NCBI GenBank assembly: GCA_032718475.1 | Contig: JAUCBJ010000983.1 | Coordinates: 30,912 to 94,911 of the forward strand | DNA: 64,000 nucleotides | Direction: 5' to 3' | Source: Nemertoderma westbladi | Taxonomy: Eukaryota; Animalia; Xenacoelomorpha | Shown here: in pieces, positions 25,631 through 38,717 of the stretch | Layout of the letters: each line of letters opens with the position of its first letter | Numbering within the stretch: position 1 is the first letter of the stretch | The notes under the pieces: generated by a model | The model's input: the letters and a program-made list of their open reading frames with translations, nothing else | Told to the model about the DNA's origin: nothing | Database searches by the model: none | Position numbers and translations under genes: made by a program

Positions 25631-26973
25631 ATGGGTGGAGGTTTTCTACGATTTGATATGATCCTGTTTTTATCTATATGTTCATTAATTATCTCTTGCC
25701 ATTCGCTCATACGAGATGATACCAGGGACTTTGATGATAAAGCTAAAAGAGCGTCGTTGAATGGCACTCACCACGACTATTGTATCCTTGGAGCTGGACC
25801 TGCAGGTCTGCAACTGGCCTACTTTCTAAAATCGTCCAACAGAGATTACGTTGTTATTGAAAGAAACAACATGAGTGGCTCTTATTACACCAAATTCCCC
25901 AGACATCGTACCCTAATAAGCATTAACAAGCTGTACACCGGACGAGCTAACAAACGATTTAACGAGCGCCACGACTGGAATAGTTTACTGAGTGACAACG
26001 ATGACCTAGTATTCGGGAAATACACTGAACAAATGTTTCCCCAGGCTGATCACCTTATCACTTACCTCAATGAGTACGCCAATACCTTGAAACTGAACAT
26101 TGATTACAACACCGAGGTAACCTATGTATCTAGATTCAAGGACGATAATGCAGCCAATGATGAAATATTTATTGCTTTCACAAAAACCCAAAGAGTGTAT
26201 ACTTGCAATAAATTCATTGTAGCCACTGGATGGGCTTTGCCACACGATGGGGGTTTTAAGGAAAAATTTATCTTGGGGTATGAAGACATGGACATGGATG
26301 TTTCACAGTTCCGGAACAAACGTGTCCTTATTATTGGCAAGGGGAATAGCGCGTTCGAGACAGCCAATCATATCAGAGATGTTGCAGCTGCTATAACAAT
26401 GGTTTCTAAGAGACGCCCCGTATTAGCTTGGCAATCCCACTATGTAGGCGATATTCGAGCGATAAATGCTGAGTTCTTTGATCTCTATCAGTTAAAATCT
26501 TTAAATATTGTAGCGCAAAGAGATTTTAAAGACATAAAATTTGTTGTAAACAATAAAACCAATAAAATCTCGTTGGAGAAAGACCTTGTTGAAGCTGATG
26601 TCGTTCCTGTAAATGAATTCGATAAAGTTATCCGTTGCATCGGATTCAAATGGGATAACAGGATCTTCGGGTCTCGAGTTGCCCCTGGCAACGCGTTTCC
26701 AAACTCGGAGAAGTTTCCGAAAATCGGACAGGACTTCCAGAGTCGGACGCCTGGGTTGTACTTTATCGGGACTATCGCTCACTCTCTGGACTATAAACTC
26801 TCCGCGGGGGGCTTTCTTCACGGTTACCGCTACACTGCCCGGACTGTCCACAATATTCTAGAACAACGTTACCATGGAGTACAATGGCCGTCAACGACTG
26901 TTCCTTTGTATTCTATGGAAACCTACATGATGAAGCGAATTTCAGAAATGCCGGGACCATACCAGATGTTTAG
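25631..26973 (+). CDS. FOXRED2: FAD-dependent oxidoreductase domain-containing protein 2 (ERFAD), exon 1
   Basis: Signal-peptide-like N-terminus; GAGPAGLQ FAD motif; FPRHRTLISINK...ERHDWNSLL; GKGNSAFE; HYVGDIRAIN; SAGGFLHGYRYT. Ends at AG|GTAAAA donor. Confidence 0.92.
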
Positions 26974-27500
26974 GTAAAACATTAAATACTTACATAATTC
27001 GTGAAAAGTAGCACTTCCCAGCGATATGACCCGAGAGTATTTATGTGCCGAACGTGCGCAGCGAGGGAGGTTACTATAAATACTTTTTAGGTCCAAAAGC
27101 ACTGAATAGTACACTTTCCACACAATAATTTGCATAATTTTGTTACATTATATATGTCAACCTAGCGGCGTTCTGAATACTTAATTATTAACTTTAATAT
27201 TTTAATGTTTAGGACTATTTTTGAAATCCATATCCTTTTTATGCAATTATTTATTAATTTCACTTACTGTAACAACTGTACGGGAAATAATGTTACGCAA
27301 CGCATAAGCATACAATGGCTATCATCAATGGGTCATTTTTTGCAAGACATCTAGAAGTTTATTGTTTCTAATTGATTAATTAATTAGTTTGCTGTGTTAT
27401 TTGTGTTGTACAAATATCAGCTCAACTATTTATACAGTAGGCCTATCCTAAACATAACATATTGTTACAAATCTGATTTAATATATTTTGTCCTTATTAG

Positions 27501-27601
27501 TTTTCTTGGAGAGGTATTTGTTGTAAACAAAGATTCAGGAACGATGACACACTTTGCCGAATATCCATTAAGACTCTTACATCGATTCCAAGAAATTACA
27601 G
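27501..27601 (+). CDS. FOXRED2: FOXRED2 exon 2
   Basis: TTATTAG| acceptor, FLGEVFVV...FAEYPLRLL, G|GTTGGT donor. Phases are compatible with exons 1 and 3. Confidence 0.8.
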
Positions 27602-28279
27602 GTTGGTGTTGGTAGAGCTTCATTTATCAGTCAACATTATTTAATACCAGTGACACAGGCGAAAACTGGAACTTTAACAATTTCGGTTCAGTTTTACTTA
27701 GCCCCTTATTTCAGTTACAGTTTATCTACCGGTTAATATAAATTAAGTAGTGGAATTCCGTTTACTTTTATACATAGAAATATCAGCGTTATGTTTATTA
27801 GTAAAAATTAAAACACTATAGGGAAGAGCTGCATGCTGATTGGTTACTTTCCTTTGTTACCCAGCAACATAAGGTTAAATTTCATACTGATCATTTTTCC
27901 ACGTTACAGAATGTTTGTAGTGTTTTATATATACTATATTGTTTTATATATTTTTTTTTCCTAAGATGTGCTGTGCGAGGAGTACATTTAGGATTACCTT
28001 TTTAGGGTAGTTCATAGGTTAAATTTCCTGCTTATCAATATTTTTACTGTGTTCCATTTTAGTGTTTCTTATTTCTCTTTTGCTCACCAATCCTCTATCA
28101 CGCTGGCTTGGTGCATAACAAAAATTGATTAATAATTTGATTGGGATGAAAGAACTGCTGATATAAAATTAATTTTCGTTAATTAATTGTATATTTTCAA
28201 ATTTTTTTTAATTTTAGTTTCAGTTTATTTCAATCATTTCAAATCGGTACTTCAATAATTCAGTTTTATTGTTATTCAG

Positions 28280-28466
28280 GATATCACATGGGACCTTCTA
28301 CAACAATGATAGTCCTTAATCTCGAGTATGGGAAGACATTTGGGGGTCCAGGAGCTGACGTTCTGAATACCAAACCGGTGCATGACCCTGCCCTCGCTCA
28401 CACGGAAGATTTGCTGCACCCTGTCTGGTACTATTATTATAGTCAACCTACAGCCAGCGATATGAG
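28280..28466 (+). CDS. FOXRED2: FOXRED2 exon 3
   Basis: TTCAG| acceptor; IVLNLEYGKTFGGPGADV...LLHPVWYYY is a conserved FOXRED2 block; AG|GTGGGT donor. Confidence 0.85.
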
Positions 28467-29109
28467 GTGGGTCGTGCTATAGGAAGAAATAGGCATGAAT
28501 GGATGGATGCATTGTAAGCCCTCTCTACTTCACATTTTGAAATATTAAATATAATAATTTTTTTTACAATTTTACTTTCATATAAATTAGATTTACATAT
28601 TCAATATATTATAGTAACGGAATTTCGCATTATGTCTGAGTTTAGTTTCTGATAAACTTTGAACGTTTAAGCTCAAGTCATTGCTATCTGGGTAATAGCG
28701 GTTCACACAGGCTCGAATTGTGTTCTTTCCACTTTAGACTTGTTCAAAATCCGGAAATACGCGTAGAATGTAATGGCGAAGGCATCAAATATCTTTTCTC
28801 TTTAGGCAAAAAGGAACCAGACTATAGACTATTGATTATTACTCCTGTTATTATACCACATAAGATTTGTGCGGAGCAGTATTTTCCTGATGTGAAGGAT
28901 ATAATATGTTATTGAAGCCAAATACTTAGGCGTATCAGATTCGTAGACGAATTAGGACAACTTCACCGTCGACAAAATCGATAAGCCTATTGGTTTCACG
29001 TTGACCCAACTTTATGAACAGAAATTAGATTCCAGAGCCCACCAACATTATCAAAACAATCACTTCCCTAATTGATAATAATTTTATCACACAATTTGTT
29101 AACTGGGGC

Positions 29110-29425
29110 AGCGTGGTTAATAAAGTGTCGAGAGAGACTTCTAAGGGCAGCCCTAAACATCAGATGGAGAAAACACATGACAAACTCAGAGCTTTATGGT
29201 ACAATACCAACTGTATCAACCACCCTCCGTGAACGCAGATTAAGATTCAGTGGGCACTACTGGATAAGTAAACATGAGATCATTCCAGATCTACTTTTCT
29301 GGTAACCAACACAAGAAAAGCGTACCCGTGGACGACTGCCTATAAAAATATATAGACCAACTTGAAAGGGCAACATGCTGGACTTGGGAGAGACGAAATT
29401 GCGACAACTATGGATAATCGAGAGT
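29110..29425 (+). mobile_element. RTE-clade LINE 3' fragment in FOXRED2 intron 3
   Basis: RLLRAALNIRWRKHMTNSELYG...LRERRLRFSGHYW...LLFW*PTQEKRTRGR. Confidence 0.8.
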
Positions 29426-29623
29426 TTTTTGATAGACTTTTATCGCCTTTACTCACCTACCAATCTCCCTCGTCCCTCCACGTATTGATGTAAAGACGTG
29501 CAAAGATAGAACTTTGCAAGAGGAAAGTGAAAGTTAATGTAAGCAGACAACTTACTGTTCAAACCCATAACTAAAACCCAACTAATAATTGGATTATATT
29601 AAATTTCAATAATATATTTTCAG

Positions 29624-29732
29624 ATTGCGAGAAAAAGAAGAAATTGAGACGGGATTACGTGTTCATGTTCCAACACCGGATGATGTTTACATATTCCCAG
29701 GAAACATTTTAACAGAATGGCACCATACATTA
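29624..29732 (+). CDS. FOXRED2: FOXRED2 exon 4
   Basis: TTTTCAG| acceptor; VPTPDDVYIFPGNILTEWHHTL aligns with the FOXRED2 LPRP...EDFLTDW block; TTA|GTAAGT donor. Confidence 0.75.
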
Positions 29733-31378
29733 GTAAGTGTTACAGTAACATGGCACCATCCATTAGTAAGTTTACAGTAACAAGGCACCATCCATTAGTA
29801 AGTTTACAGTAACATGGCACCATACATTAGTAAATGTTACAGTAACAAGGCACCATACATTAGTAAAGTGTTACATGGCGCCATCCATTAGTAAGTTTAC
29901 AGTAACATGGCACCATACAATAGTAAGTGTTACAGTAACATGGCACCATCCATTAGTAAGTTTACAGTAACATGGCACCATACATTAGTAAATATTACAG
30001 TAACATGGCACCAGTAAGTGTTACAGTAATATGGCACCATACATTAGTAAGTGTTACAGTAACATGGCACCATCCATTAGTATGTTTACAGTAACATGGC
30101 ACCATACATTAGTAAATATTACAGTAACATGGCACCAGTAAGTGTTACAGTAACATGGCACCATACATTAGTAAGTGTTACCGTAACATGGCACCAGTAA
30201 GTGTTACAGTAACATGGCACCATACATTAGTAAGTGTTACAGTAACATGGCACCATCCATTAGTATGTTTATAGTAACATGGCATCATACATTCATACAA
30301 TAGTAAGTCTTACAGTAACAAGGCACCATACATTAGTAAAGTGTTACATGGCGCCATCCATTAGTAAGTTTACAGTAACATGACACCATACAATAGTAAG
30401 TGTTACAGTAACGTGGCACCATCCATTAGTAAGTTTACAGTAACAAGGCACCATCCATTTGTAAGTTTACAGTAACATGGCGCCATACAATAGTAAGTGT
30501 TACAGTAACATGGCACCATCCATTAGTAAGTTTACAGTAACATGGCACCATACATTAGTAAATATTACAGTAACATGGCACCAGTAAGTGTTACAGTAAC
30601 ATGGCACCATACATTAGTAAGTGTTACAGTAACATGGCACCATACATTAGTAAGTGTTTAAGTAACACGGCACCATCCATTAGTAAGTTTACAGTAACAT
30701 GGCACCATACAATGGTAAGTGTTACAGTAACATGGCACCATCCATTAGTAAGTTTACAGTAACATGGCACCATACATTAGTAAGTGATACAGTAATATGG
30801 TACCATACATTATTAAATGTTACATTAACATGGCACCAGTAAGCGTTACAGTAACATGGTACCATCCAATAGTAAGTTTACAGTAACATGACACCATCCA
30901 TTAGTAAGTTTACAGTAACATGGCACCATCCATTAGTAAGTTTACAGAAACATGGCACCATACAATAGTAAGTGTTACAGTAGCATGGCACCATCCATTA
31001 GTAAGTTTACAGTAACATGGCACCATGAATTAGTACGTTTTCAGTAACATGGCACCAGTAAGCGTTACAGTAACATGTCACCATCAATTAGTAAGTGTTA
31101 CAGTAACATGGCGCCATCCATTAGTAAGTTTTCAGCAACATGGCACCAGTAAGCGTTACAGTAACATGGCACAATACATAAGTAAGTGTTACAGTAGCAT
31201 GGCACAACCATTAGTAAGTTTACAGTAACATGGCACCATACATTCGTAAGTGTTACAGTAACATGGCACCATCCATTAGTAAAGTGTTACAGTAACAAGG
31301 CGCCATACAATTGTAATGTTACAGTAACATGGCGCCATACATTAGTAAATGTTACAGTAACATGGCACCATACATTAC
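29718..31378 (+). repeat. 32-33-bp minisatellite (about 50 copies) derived from the exon 4/intron 4 junction
   Basis: Unit ATGGCACCAT(A/C)CATTAGTAAGT(G)TTACAGTAAC, with shorter variant units. The first copy overlaps the exon end. Confidence 0.95.
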
Positions 31379-31383
31379 ATTAA

Positions 31384-32630
31384 GGGGGGGGGGGGGGGGG
31401 GCGAGGGTTAACACCCCCAAATGGAACCTCATATTTTTGTGTCTCTAGACACGAAAATTATGTGAATTGTGTTTTTTGGGCCTTTTTGATATAAAAAGGC
31501 TCCAGAGCATTTCCAACCAAATTTGTTCAATTTGTTTATGGAGAAAGGTAATTTCAGCTAAAATTGGTTGGGAAATAACCTTTTTTCATGAATAAAAGTC
31601 ATTCTGAGATATATTTATTAGGTGATAGTGTAAAACATTAAACCCAATATACTTTATGGTGCAACGGGAAAATCCGCTCGGGGAAGAAAGTTAATAAATA
31701 AAGAAATCGCAAGGTGGTGTCATGAAAATGAAGTATCATCTCACTGCTTACTGTATACAGATAAAGTCAATCAACAAAGCAGTTAAACAATCTATTCGGC
31801 TTCTAGACAGCCGATAACTATAACCCTTCGGATGAATTCATTAATTTTAACCCACCAACCTCCCCATTCTTCCTCCAAAAAATTATAATGTTTAGCGGAA
31901 AAATATACGTAATAATGTTTATCAGTTACAGTATATGATTTTTGAGTTTTAAAAGATATTGATGATAAGAACGGATTATATATTTCCTTGCTTTTTGATT
32001 TGTATGCATGCTATTCATGTGCAGTGCATGATATACATACAATTACTATGCATTACTGTAGTACAGTAGTTACCTTATTATTGAGTGTATATTGTAGGGT
32101 CCATATACCCTCACCCTTTTCAAATATATGCGTTCCTTACAAGGCACTTTCACCCGTTAAACAGTTGTTTTATATTTGCCAAGGATAGAAGGATAGCACG
32201 ACTGTATCATAAATGGGTGTTTAAAGTTTAAGGAACAATTCAAACCTTCCCGCTATTTTACTGTAGATAATACCATTTTTCTATGTTCAACAATAACTTT
32301 GTCAAAAATGAATGAAATTCAACGAAAGTTTTTATGCTTGCTATACATATAACTAGTAAAACAACGTTTTAGCAATTTTATTAGTATCTGTACCGTGAGA
32401 GCCTTTTTTATGAAAAGTGCCCGTACGATTGTGAAATATAGCGCTGCTCGAAGGCTTGTCAAAAATCAGACTTGCTCTTACGTTTTGGGTAATAACTTGA
32501 GTTTGAGAAACGATATGCGAAAACTGCTTGCAGATTTGAAATCTCCATTAAATTCGGCACATGATAGAATAAAGAAAGGTTTTTGTCAATTTCCAGAATA
32601 GGAGGATGCTACCCCCCCCCCCCCCCCCCC
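31384..32630. mobile_element. Non-autonomous TTAA-targeting DNA transposon with G...C ends (Kolobok-like)
   Basis: TTAA-GGGGG... at 31380-31400 and ...CCCCC-TTAA at 32612-32634. Purine start plus TTAA TSD fits Kolobok rather than piggyBac. Confidence 0.55.
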
Positions 32631-32663
32631 TTAAATAATAATAATATTGTAATAATATTTCAG

Positions 32664-32831
32664 CCTCACTCTTTGCAACTGCGACGATGGTTTGAGAAGC
32701 TGTTTGGGACAGATCTACGGGCCCGTAGTCAACGCAGTTGCTATGCAACAGCTCTGACGTCAAACACGCTCCCCGAAGGTTGTCATGGATACGCCCGCGG
32801 ATTAGGGTTGTCGCCATGGATACAGACATAA
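32664..32831 (+). CDS. FOXRED2: FOXRED2 exon 5 (terminal)
   Basis: TTTCAG| acceptor; PHSLQLRRWFEKLFGTDLRARSQRSCYATALT...LPEGC matches the FOXRED2 C-terminus HILPLRRFLE...TDLRSFYAESCF. TAA stop. Confidence 0.85.
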   Translation, partial: PHSLQLRRWFEKLFGTDLRARSQRSCYATALTSNTLPEGCHGYARGLGLSPWIQT

Positions 32832-33419
32832 TACTCTTTCATTGATTTGTTTTCAATAATCCATCGCATGAAATATTTCCCATAAATTGGCGTCGTGCAT
32901 GAACTTGTCGAGTTTGGTTGCGGTAGGTAGTTTTCGGTTTAATTAGTTTCAATAAATATATAATTAATGTAACATTAATGTAATATAATGAAATAAAATA
33001 TATATATAAGAAATATAGTTAAAATAAATATAATGTAACATTAGTAACATTTATCAATATAGTAGGCCTATAATCAATTATGCAATTAATTTAATAACAA
33101 TGCAACATATTCGCAACGTTTATATTAAAACAAATTATTGTTTAAAATATAATAAATTTTATAAATTGAGACACTGTTAGAGGAGTGGGTCAATTTTTGC
33201 AGAGTTAGTCCTGGGTAAGGGATTTGATTGGATTGGATTGGATTGTAAGGGACTAAATACTTATCTTATCTTATACTTATATTAAAATACTTATACTCAT
33301 CTACCCTACTTTGGATTGGAGCATTAGTCCTGGGTAAGGGATTTGGGAGTTCAACAAAAAAAAAACTGTGCTGAAATCACACAATGTGTTGAAAAAATGT
33401 TAGGACCCCCAATATCAAA

Positions 33420-34230
33420 ACTCAGGCAACGCTTATGGACCGGCGTTCGTCCTAACATATAGTCAATTGTTGATTGGCCCATTTTCTTAAAGAAAGTAAA
33501 ATTACCAACAGATTTATCACTGCCAATTCGGCCATTAAATATTCTTATACTTCAAGCAATACATAAGGCTAAAAGTCTATGACCATATGTATTGACTACT
33601 ATGTCCTTATTTACTCTACTAGACTGTACACAACTTGTTGCAAGGTCTAAGTCGTCACATACATAGTTATCAGGTAAATATTCCAATTCCAGTAGATTGG
33701 ACAGGCCAAGCGAATCATTATCAATATAATCATTTATAGTGCCTGTTCCTGCGTTTAGTTCACCTACAATTAACAAATTTTCAGAATCACTTATAACACT
33801 AATAGCATTCTCGATAAAATCGAAGTTTGATATGGGATCACTTTCTTGTGCAGTAGATTTTGAAGGCGGGAATATATACTGCACAGTACACATATTAGTA
33901 GACTTTGACCAACTCTAAGCCAGAGTATGTCTTCATGAGGGAAAATATCCTCCAATGTGATAAAGGCGCTTAATTCCTGCTTATAATATATAATAATTAT
34001 TCCACCACTAAAACGTTTTTATGCTTTGTCGCACTTTTATGCTTTGATTTACGACAATTTACAAAAAATGTGTAACCAAGAATATCAACACTGTGAACAA
34101 AGTTAGGGTTCAACCAGGTTTCAGCGCAGATAAATAGGTCATATTTACTAACGAGCTTCAGGAAGTTAGGATCACCTAATTTCGAAATCAGTCCATCGAC
34201 ATTTAAAAAACCCACGTTTAAGTATGCTGG
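33420..34230 (-). mobile_element. Degenerate LINE AP-endonuclease fragment
   Basis: GFLNVDGLISKL...YDLFICAETWL, YIFPP, LLIVGELNAGTG, SSRVNKDIVVNTYGHRLLALC; disrupted by frameshifts. Confidence 0.8.
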
Positions 34231-35286
34231 TGTAAAAGAAGAGAGGCCATTATTGGAATATTACATAAGCTCTGTGTCATTATATTTTCCTGGCAGTGTT
34301 CAAACCTCTACGGCAAACGCTCGAGTCTTACACCCCATAAACAGCATAAACGACAAAAGAATGTATAGAATCAGGCAGGACATTAGGCCCTATTATTGTT
34401 TTCTAGCGTAGAATGCTAGCAGCTATAAGTTTTTCAACTATTTCACTTTTGTGGGTGACATTTATTTGTACAAGGGCCAGCTTCCAGTTTTGTACCTGTA
34501 TGTTTCAATATAGTTCATGCCTTTAGAATGGTTAAAGGTGTAAGCGACGTGGATGGTAGGTCCTTCACATAATGTTGTTTATGGAAGACACTGTTATTTT
34601 TCTGACTTCTCGCGAAAATTTGATAAAGACATTTGATTGTGTTACATTTTCGCGCCCAGTCTGGTATGATTGTAAATCAAAAGAAAACTGAATTTCTTGC
34701 TGTGAATGGAACTACAGAGGATAAAAGAAAGATCGAAATTGACGAAGTTACTGTAAATAATTGAGATAGATATGTGAACTTGGGGTAAGTTATGTGACTA
34801 CGCCGATGATATGCGGTTTTTTAAGATTACGTTTAATCGGGTATTATAATCAATTTGTCTATCTATCAATCTCTGACAATCAATCTATACTGTAGCGGGC
34901 ACAAATGATAACTTCATATATAAATTACATAAATTATATGTTATTATTAATTAATTATTGATACTAAATTAAATAAGTTATACATTAGGTATAAATTAAT
35001 ATTCTAAAAGACCACTAGGTAGGTCGACCTTCCTTTATCAGTTCCATTTGTTTGTTCCTACAATATTGTTGGATAGGGCCTCCTAAGTGGAAAAATATTT
35101 ATAGTTCCGGTAGTAAAACTATAGAATTTTTATAGTAACAACTATTACAAAATAAAATGTTGTTTCTTAATAAAACGAATCCTAATATAATTTATTTAGT
35201 CTATTCTTCCTTGAGGGAAAGAAGAAGTTCAGGTAATTAATCAGATCGAGAGACTAAAGACTTTCCTTCCCTCGATAAACAACAGT

Positions 35287-37380
35287 TTACTGATTCTTCA
35301 CGCTGTGCTGGTTGCGTTTATGGGTCGATAGATTCGATGTTTGGGAGAAAGATTTACCGCAAGTATCACAGATGTAGGGTTTATCTCCTGTGTGGAGGCG
35401 TTGGTGGGTTATTAGATCGGAACTCCTGGCGAATGATTTACTACAGACGTTACAACTGTAGGGTTTATCTCCAGTGTGAGTACGATTGTGTTCTATTAGA
35501 TGGTCGTTCTCTGAGAAAGCTTTGTTGCACATAATACATTGGAACGGTTTCTCCCCAGAGTGAGTGCGTCGGTGGCGTTGTTAGATTGGACTGTTGGCTG
35601 AAAGCTTTACTACATGTAGAGCAGCTGAACGGTTTCTCACCAGAGTGAGTGCGTTGGTGGGTCGTTAGATGGGACTCTTGGCTGAAAGCTTTACTACATG
35701 TAGAGCAGCTGAACGGTTTCTCCCCAGAGTGAGTGCGTCGGTGAGTTGTTAGATGGGACTGTTGGCTGAAAGCTTTACAACATGTAGAGCAGCTGAACGG
35801 TTTCTCGCCAGAGTGAGTGCGTTGGTGGCGTGTTAGACTGGACTGTAGGCTGAAAGCTTTACTACATGTAGAGCAGCTGAACGGTTTCTCCCCAGAGTGA
35901 GTGCGTCGGTGAGTTGTTAGATTGGACTGTCGGGTGAAAGTTTTACTACATGTAGAGCAGCTGAACGGTTTCTCCCCAGAGTGAACCCGTTCGTGCTCCA
36001 TTAGTTTGGATTTACATCCAAACACTTTCCCACAGGAACTACATCCCAAACTATCAACAGGTTTATCTAAACTGGAACGTTCCTTAGGACCAGTCGGAAC
36101 GTTGGAACCCGAACCTGTTGGAGTAGAACCGGGTTCCTTGTGTTTCCGTTTTAAATGGGAAACGAGAAAAGATTCCACGGTGTAGACGACGTCGCAATGT
36201 TCGCACGGGAATTTATGTAAACTCTTATCGTGAACTAAATCTAATCTCTTCCGCTCAGCACATCCACCTCGACTACTTTGGTGTCTAAGAATTGCCTCCT
36301 GATTATCGGACCGGTAACTGCTACACCCGGTACACAGAATCATCCCGTCTTCCATAACTTTCATCCCCAATTTCTTATTCTTCGGTTGTTTGGTAATTAA
36401 TCCCAATTCCTCCGCGTATTCCGTTCCGTACCAAACAAGGAGTTCCGTACCGGCTGCAACTGGTTTACAGACCCGATAATACATATCCTCTCTGAACTGG
36501 AAAGCACAAACTGTTTGTTCCTCCTCCCATTTGGCGCAGTTTACGTAGCGCATCCAATTAGACTTGTACTCCCATCTCCCGCTGACAGTAAAGAATTTAC
36601 CCACATCGTCCAACATCAACCAGCTGTAACCGTCAGACTTGCCGGGTTTAGGTTTACCAGGTTTCCTCTCTCCGCCATAAGGACCAAATAATGTTCCCGG
36701 ATTCAAGTCGACCTTTGTAAACACTCCTTTATTATGAATCGGAGATTTCTTTATCTCCAAACACGAGGGAATTGTTCTGCTGCCCCGGTTCCTTCCTCCA
36801 CGAGTGGTTTCGGTATTCGGTACGAAGTTAAACTCCCCGTGCATCGGACACTGTAAATCATTATATTCCTCGCCGCAAAGGTCGCAGAATATAAAGTTAT
36901 TGAAGGATTTTATTGGGCAGTTGCGGTTGGCGTAATCGACCTCCTTTCTGGGACGTAAACCACTTCGGGGTTCGAAAGGAGCCATCGATTTAGGAGAGAC
37001 GATGACATTTAAATCCGACTCAACTGTAGAAGAACCCGAAATCTCTTCAGCTATTTCTTCTCCCTCGGCTACTGAGATCGGACTTCCCCCACTAGAAGTC
37101 CTTCCCGCTCCGGAACCAACGCGTCCCAAACTGTTAGCGAGTTTATCGTTAACCGATTCCTCGGCACTCAGTACAGATGGACCAACAGTATCCGAGTGTC
37201 TACCGGAACTGACGTCATCCAACAGATCGATCGCTGTATCAGATAGATCCACATCGGGAATATATTCCAGCTGTTCTTTTATTTCCTCGATGGAATCAGT
37301 TGGAACGATAAACGATGGCGAATGAAAACCTCCTGTTTCTCTGATAATATCGGTCGGAGATAAAGTCACTAAGTTCCCTT
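35287..37380 (-). CDS. PRDM9: PRDM9-like exon 2: SSXRD-like motif, Zn knuckle, PR/SET, C2H2 array (1-nt frameshift near 35578)
   Basis: [10 protein letters not shown] (SSXRD-like); [18 protein letters not shown] (Zn knuckle); FGPYGG...[10 protein letters not shown]...[20 protein letters not shown] (PR/SET); separate finger CEHC...HLKRKH; 9 tandem C2H2 fingers, the last 3 in a shifted frame (35287-35575). Confidence 0.88.
35545..35985 (-). repeat. 84-bp tandem zinc-finger minisatellite (about 5 near-identical units)
   Basis: Repeated ACTACATGTAGAGCAGCTGAACGGTTTCTCCCCAGAGTGAGTGCG. Differences are concentrated in the recognition-helix codons. Confidence 0.92.
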
Positions 37381-37662
37381 CTGTGGCTGAAAGCGGCCAT
37401 GTTTAATTAACTACTAATTTTATAGAAGTTTTAATTGGTTATTAATATTGTCATAATTATATTAAATTCTTATTCATGGATATATTGATTGAATGAATAT
37501 TAGCATATCTCGAGATATGCACATTATTTTTGGGAACTTATTTATGATGCAAAATATACCAAATCTCTATAAGTTTCAAACTTGGTATTATCATGCCGTG
37601 TTAATAAAAGTTGGTGTAATCCCCCACTCTGAGCAAGTAGGAAGTTTCATTTAGGCTATTAA

Positions 37663-38330
37663 CCCTAGTTGGCCCGGGCTAATTTACTACCCGGTACGCA
37701 GGCTACTGTGTAATTGGCCCGGGGTGGTGGGGGGGTGGGGGAGGTCATTTTAGACAATTTTTAAATCTTTGTCTCAAAAATTCAAATTTTGAAGGTGTAA
37801 GGGTTTTCAAGATCGTTGATCACGATAATATTCTGGCAATTCAACCACCATTTTTATCCCCCAGGAGGAAAGGTACAAGTAAAAAAATGTCAAACTAAAA
37901 AATGTTGTGTTTGGTTTGATAATTCTGAACGTATACGGATTTTCGAGGTCGTTAATCACGATAAAACTAGTTATAAATATTGCTGGTAAATGAAAACCAA
38001 ATTTTGGTGCCATTCTGGTGCCCCAGAACGAAAAGTACAAGTAGTAAAAAATAGCAAACTGTTAATTTTTGCCTTTGGTTTGTTAATTCTGAAGCTATAC
38101 AGGTGTACAAAGTCGCTGATCACGATAGATCTCGTTAAAAATCATTCGAGGTAACGCAACAATCGTTTTGTTGTCCTCGTCTGGTATTGTTATATATTTT
38201 TTATTATTATATATTATTATTATATTGTTGCATGAATTCAGATTCCCTACTGTGTTTGTTTCAGAGTTATAACAAAAAAAAACCGCGGGTCCCCCCCCCC
38301 CCCAAACCTCTCCTCCGGGGTTTAATAGGG
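37663..38330. mobile_element. piggyBac-like MITE nested in the PRDM9 intron
   Basis: TTAA-CCCTA...TAGGG-TTAA termini; internal ~140-bp degenerate repeats. Confidence 0.75.
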
Positions 38331-38717
38331 TTAATGTCAACAAAAGTTATGATAAATGAGTAACTGAAAATTTAAACAAAAAAATACTCAGAACCAAATT
38401 TGAAAAAAATTAGTTTCACAATAAAATTATCCGAACACCAAAATGAATTGTTCAACATTAAAAACAATAACCCGAAATAAACAAATAAATAGACCCCAAA
38501 ACAAGTATCCTATCAAAAATGAATGACAAACACTCAAAATAATTAAAAATGTTCTCCAAATTAAATTCATATTGAGAAAAATCATTTTGAAATTACCAAT
38601 TGAGGGAAAGGAACAGTTTATATAGGTTGTACTTTCTAACAAAAATAATAAACGAATATCATTAAAAGTTAATAAAAATGAGTAGGTTACAGTGTCAGCA
38701 TACTACAATATATAAAT

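Noticed and set aside
29718-31378. CRISPR-like array (32-33-bp repeats)
   Set aside because: Units are directly adjacent with no unique spacers, the context is a eukaryotic intron, and there are no cas genes.
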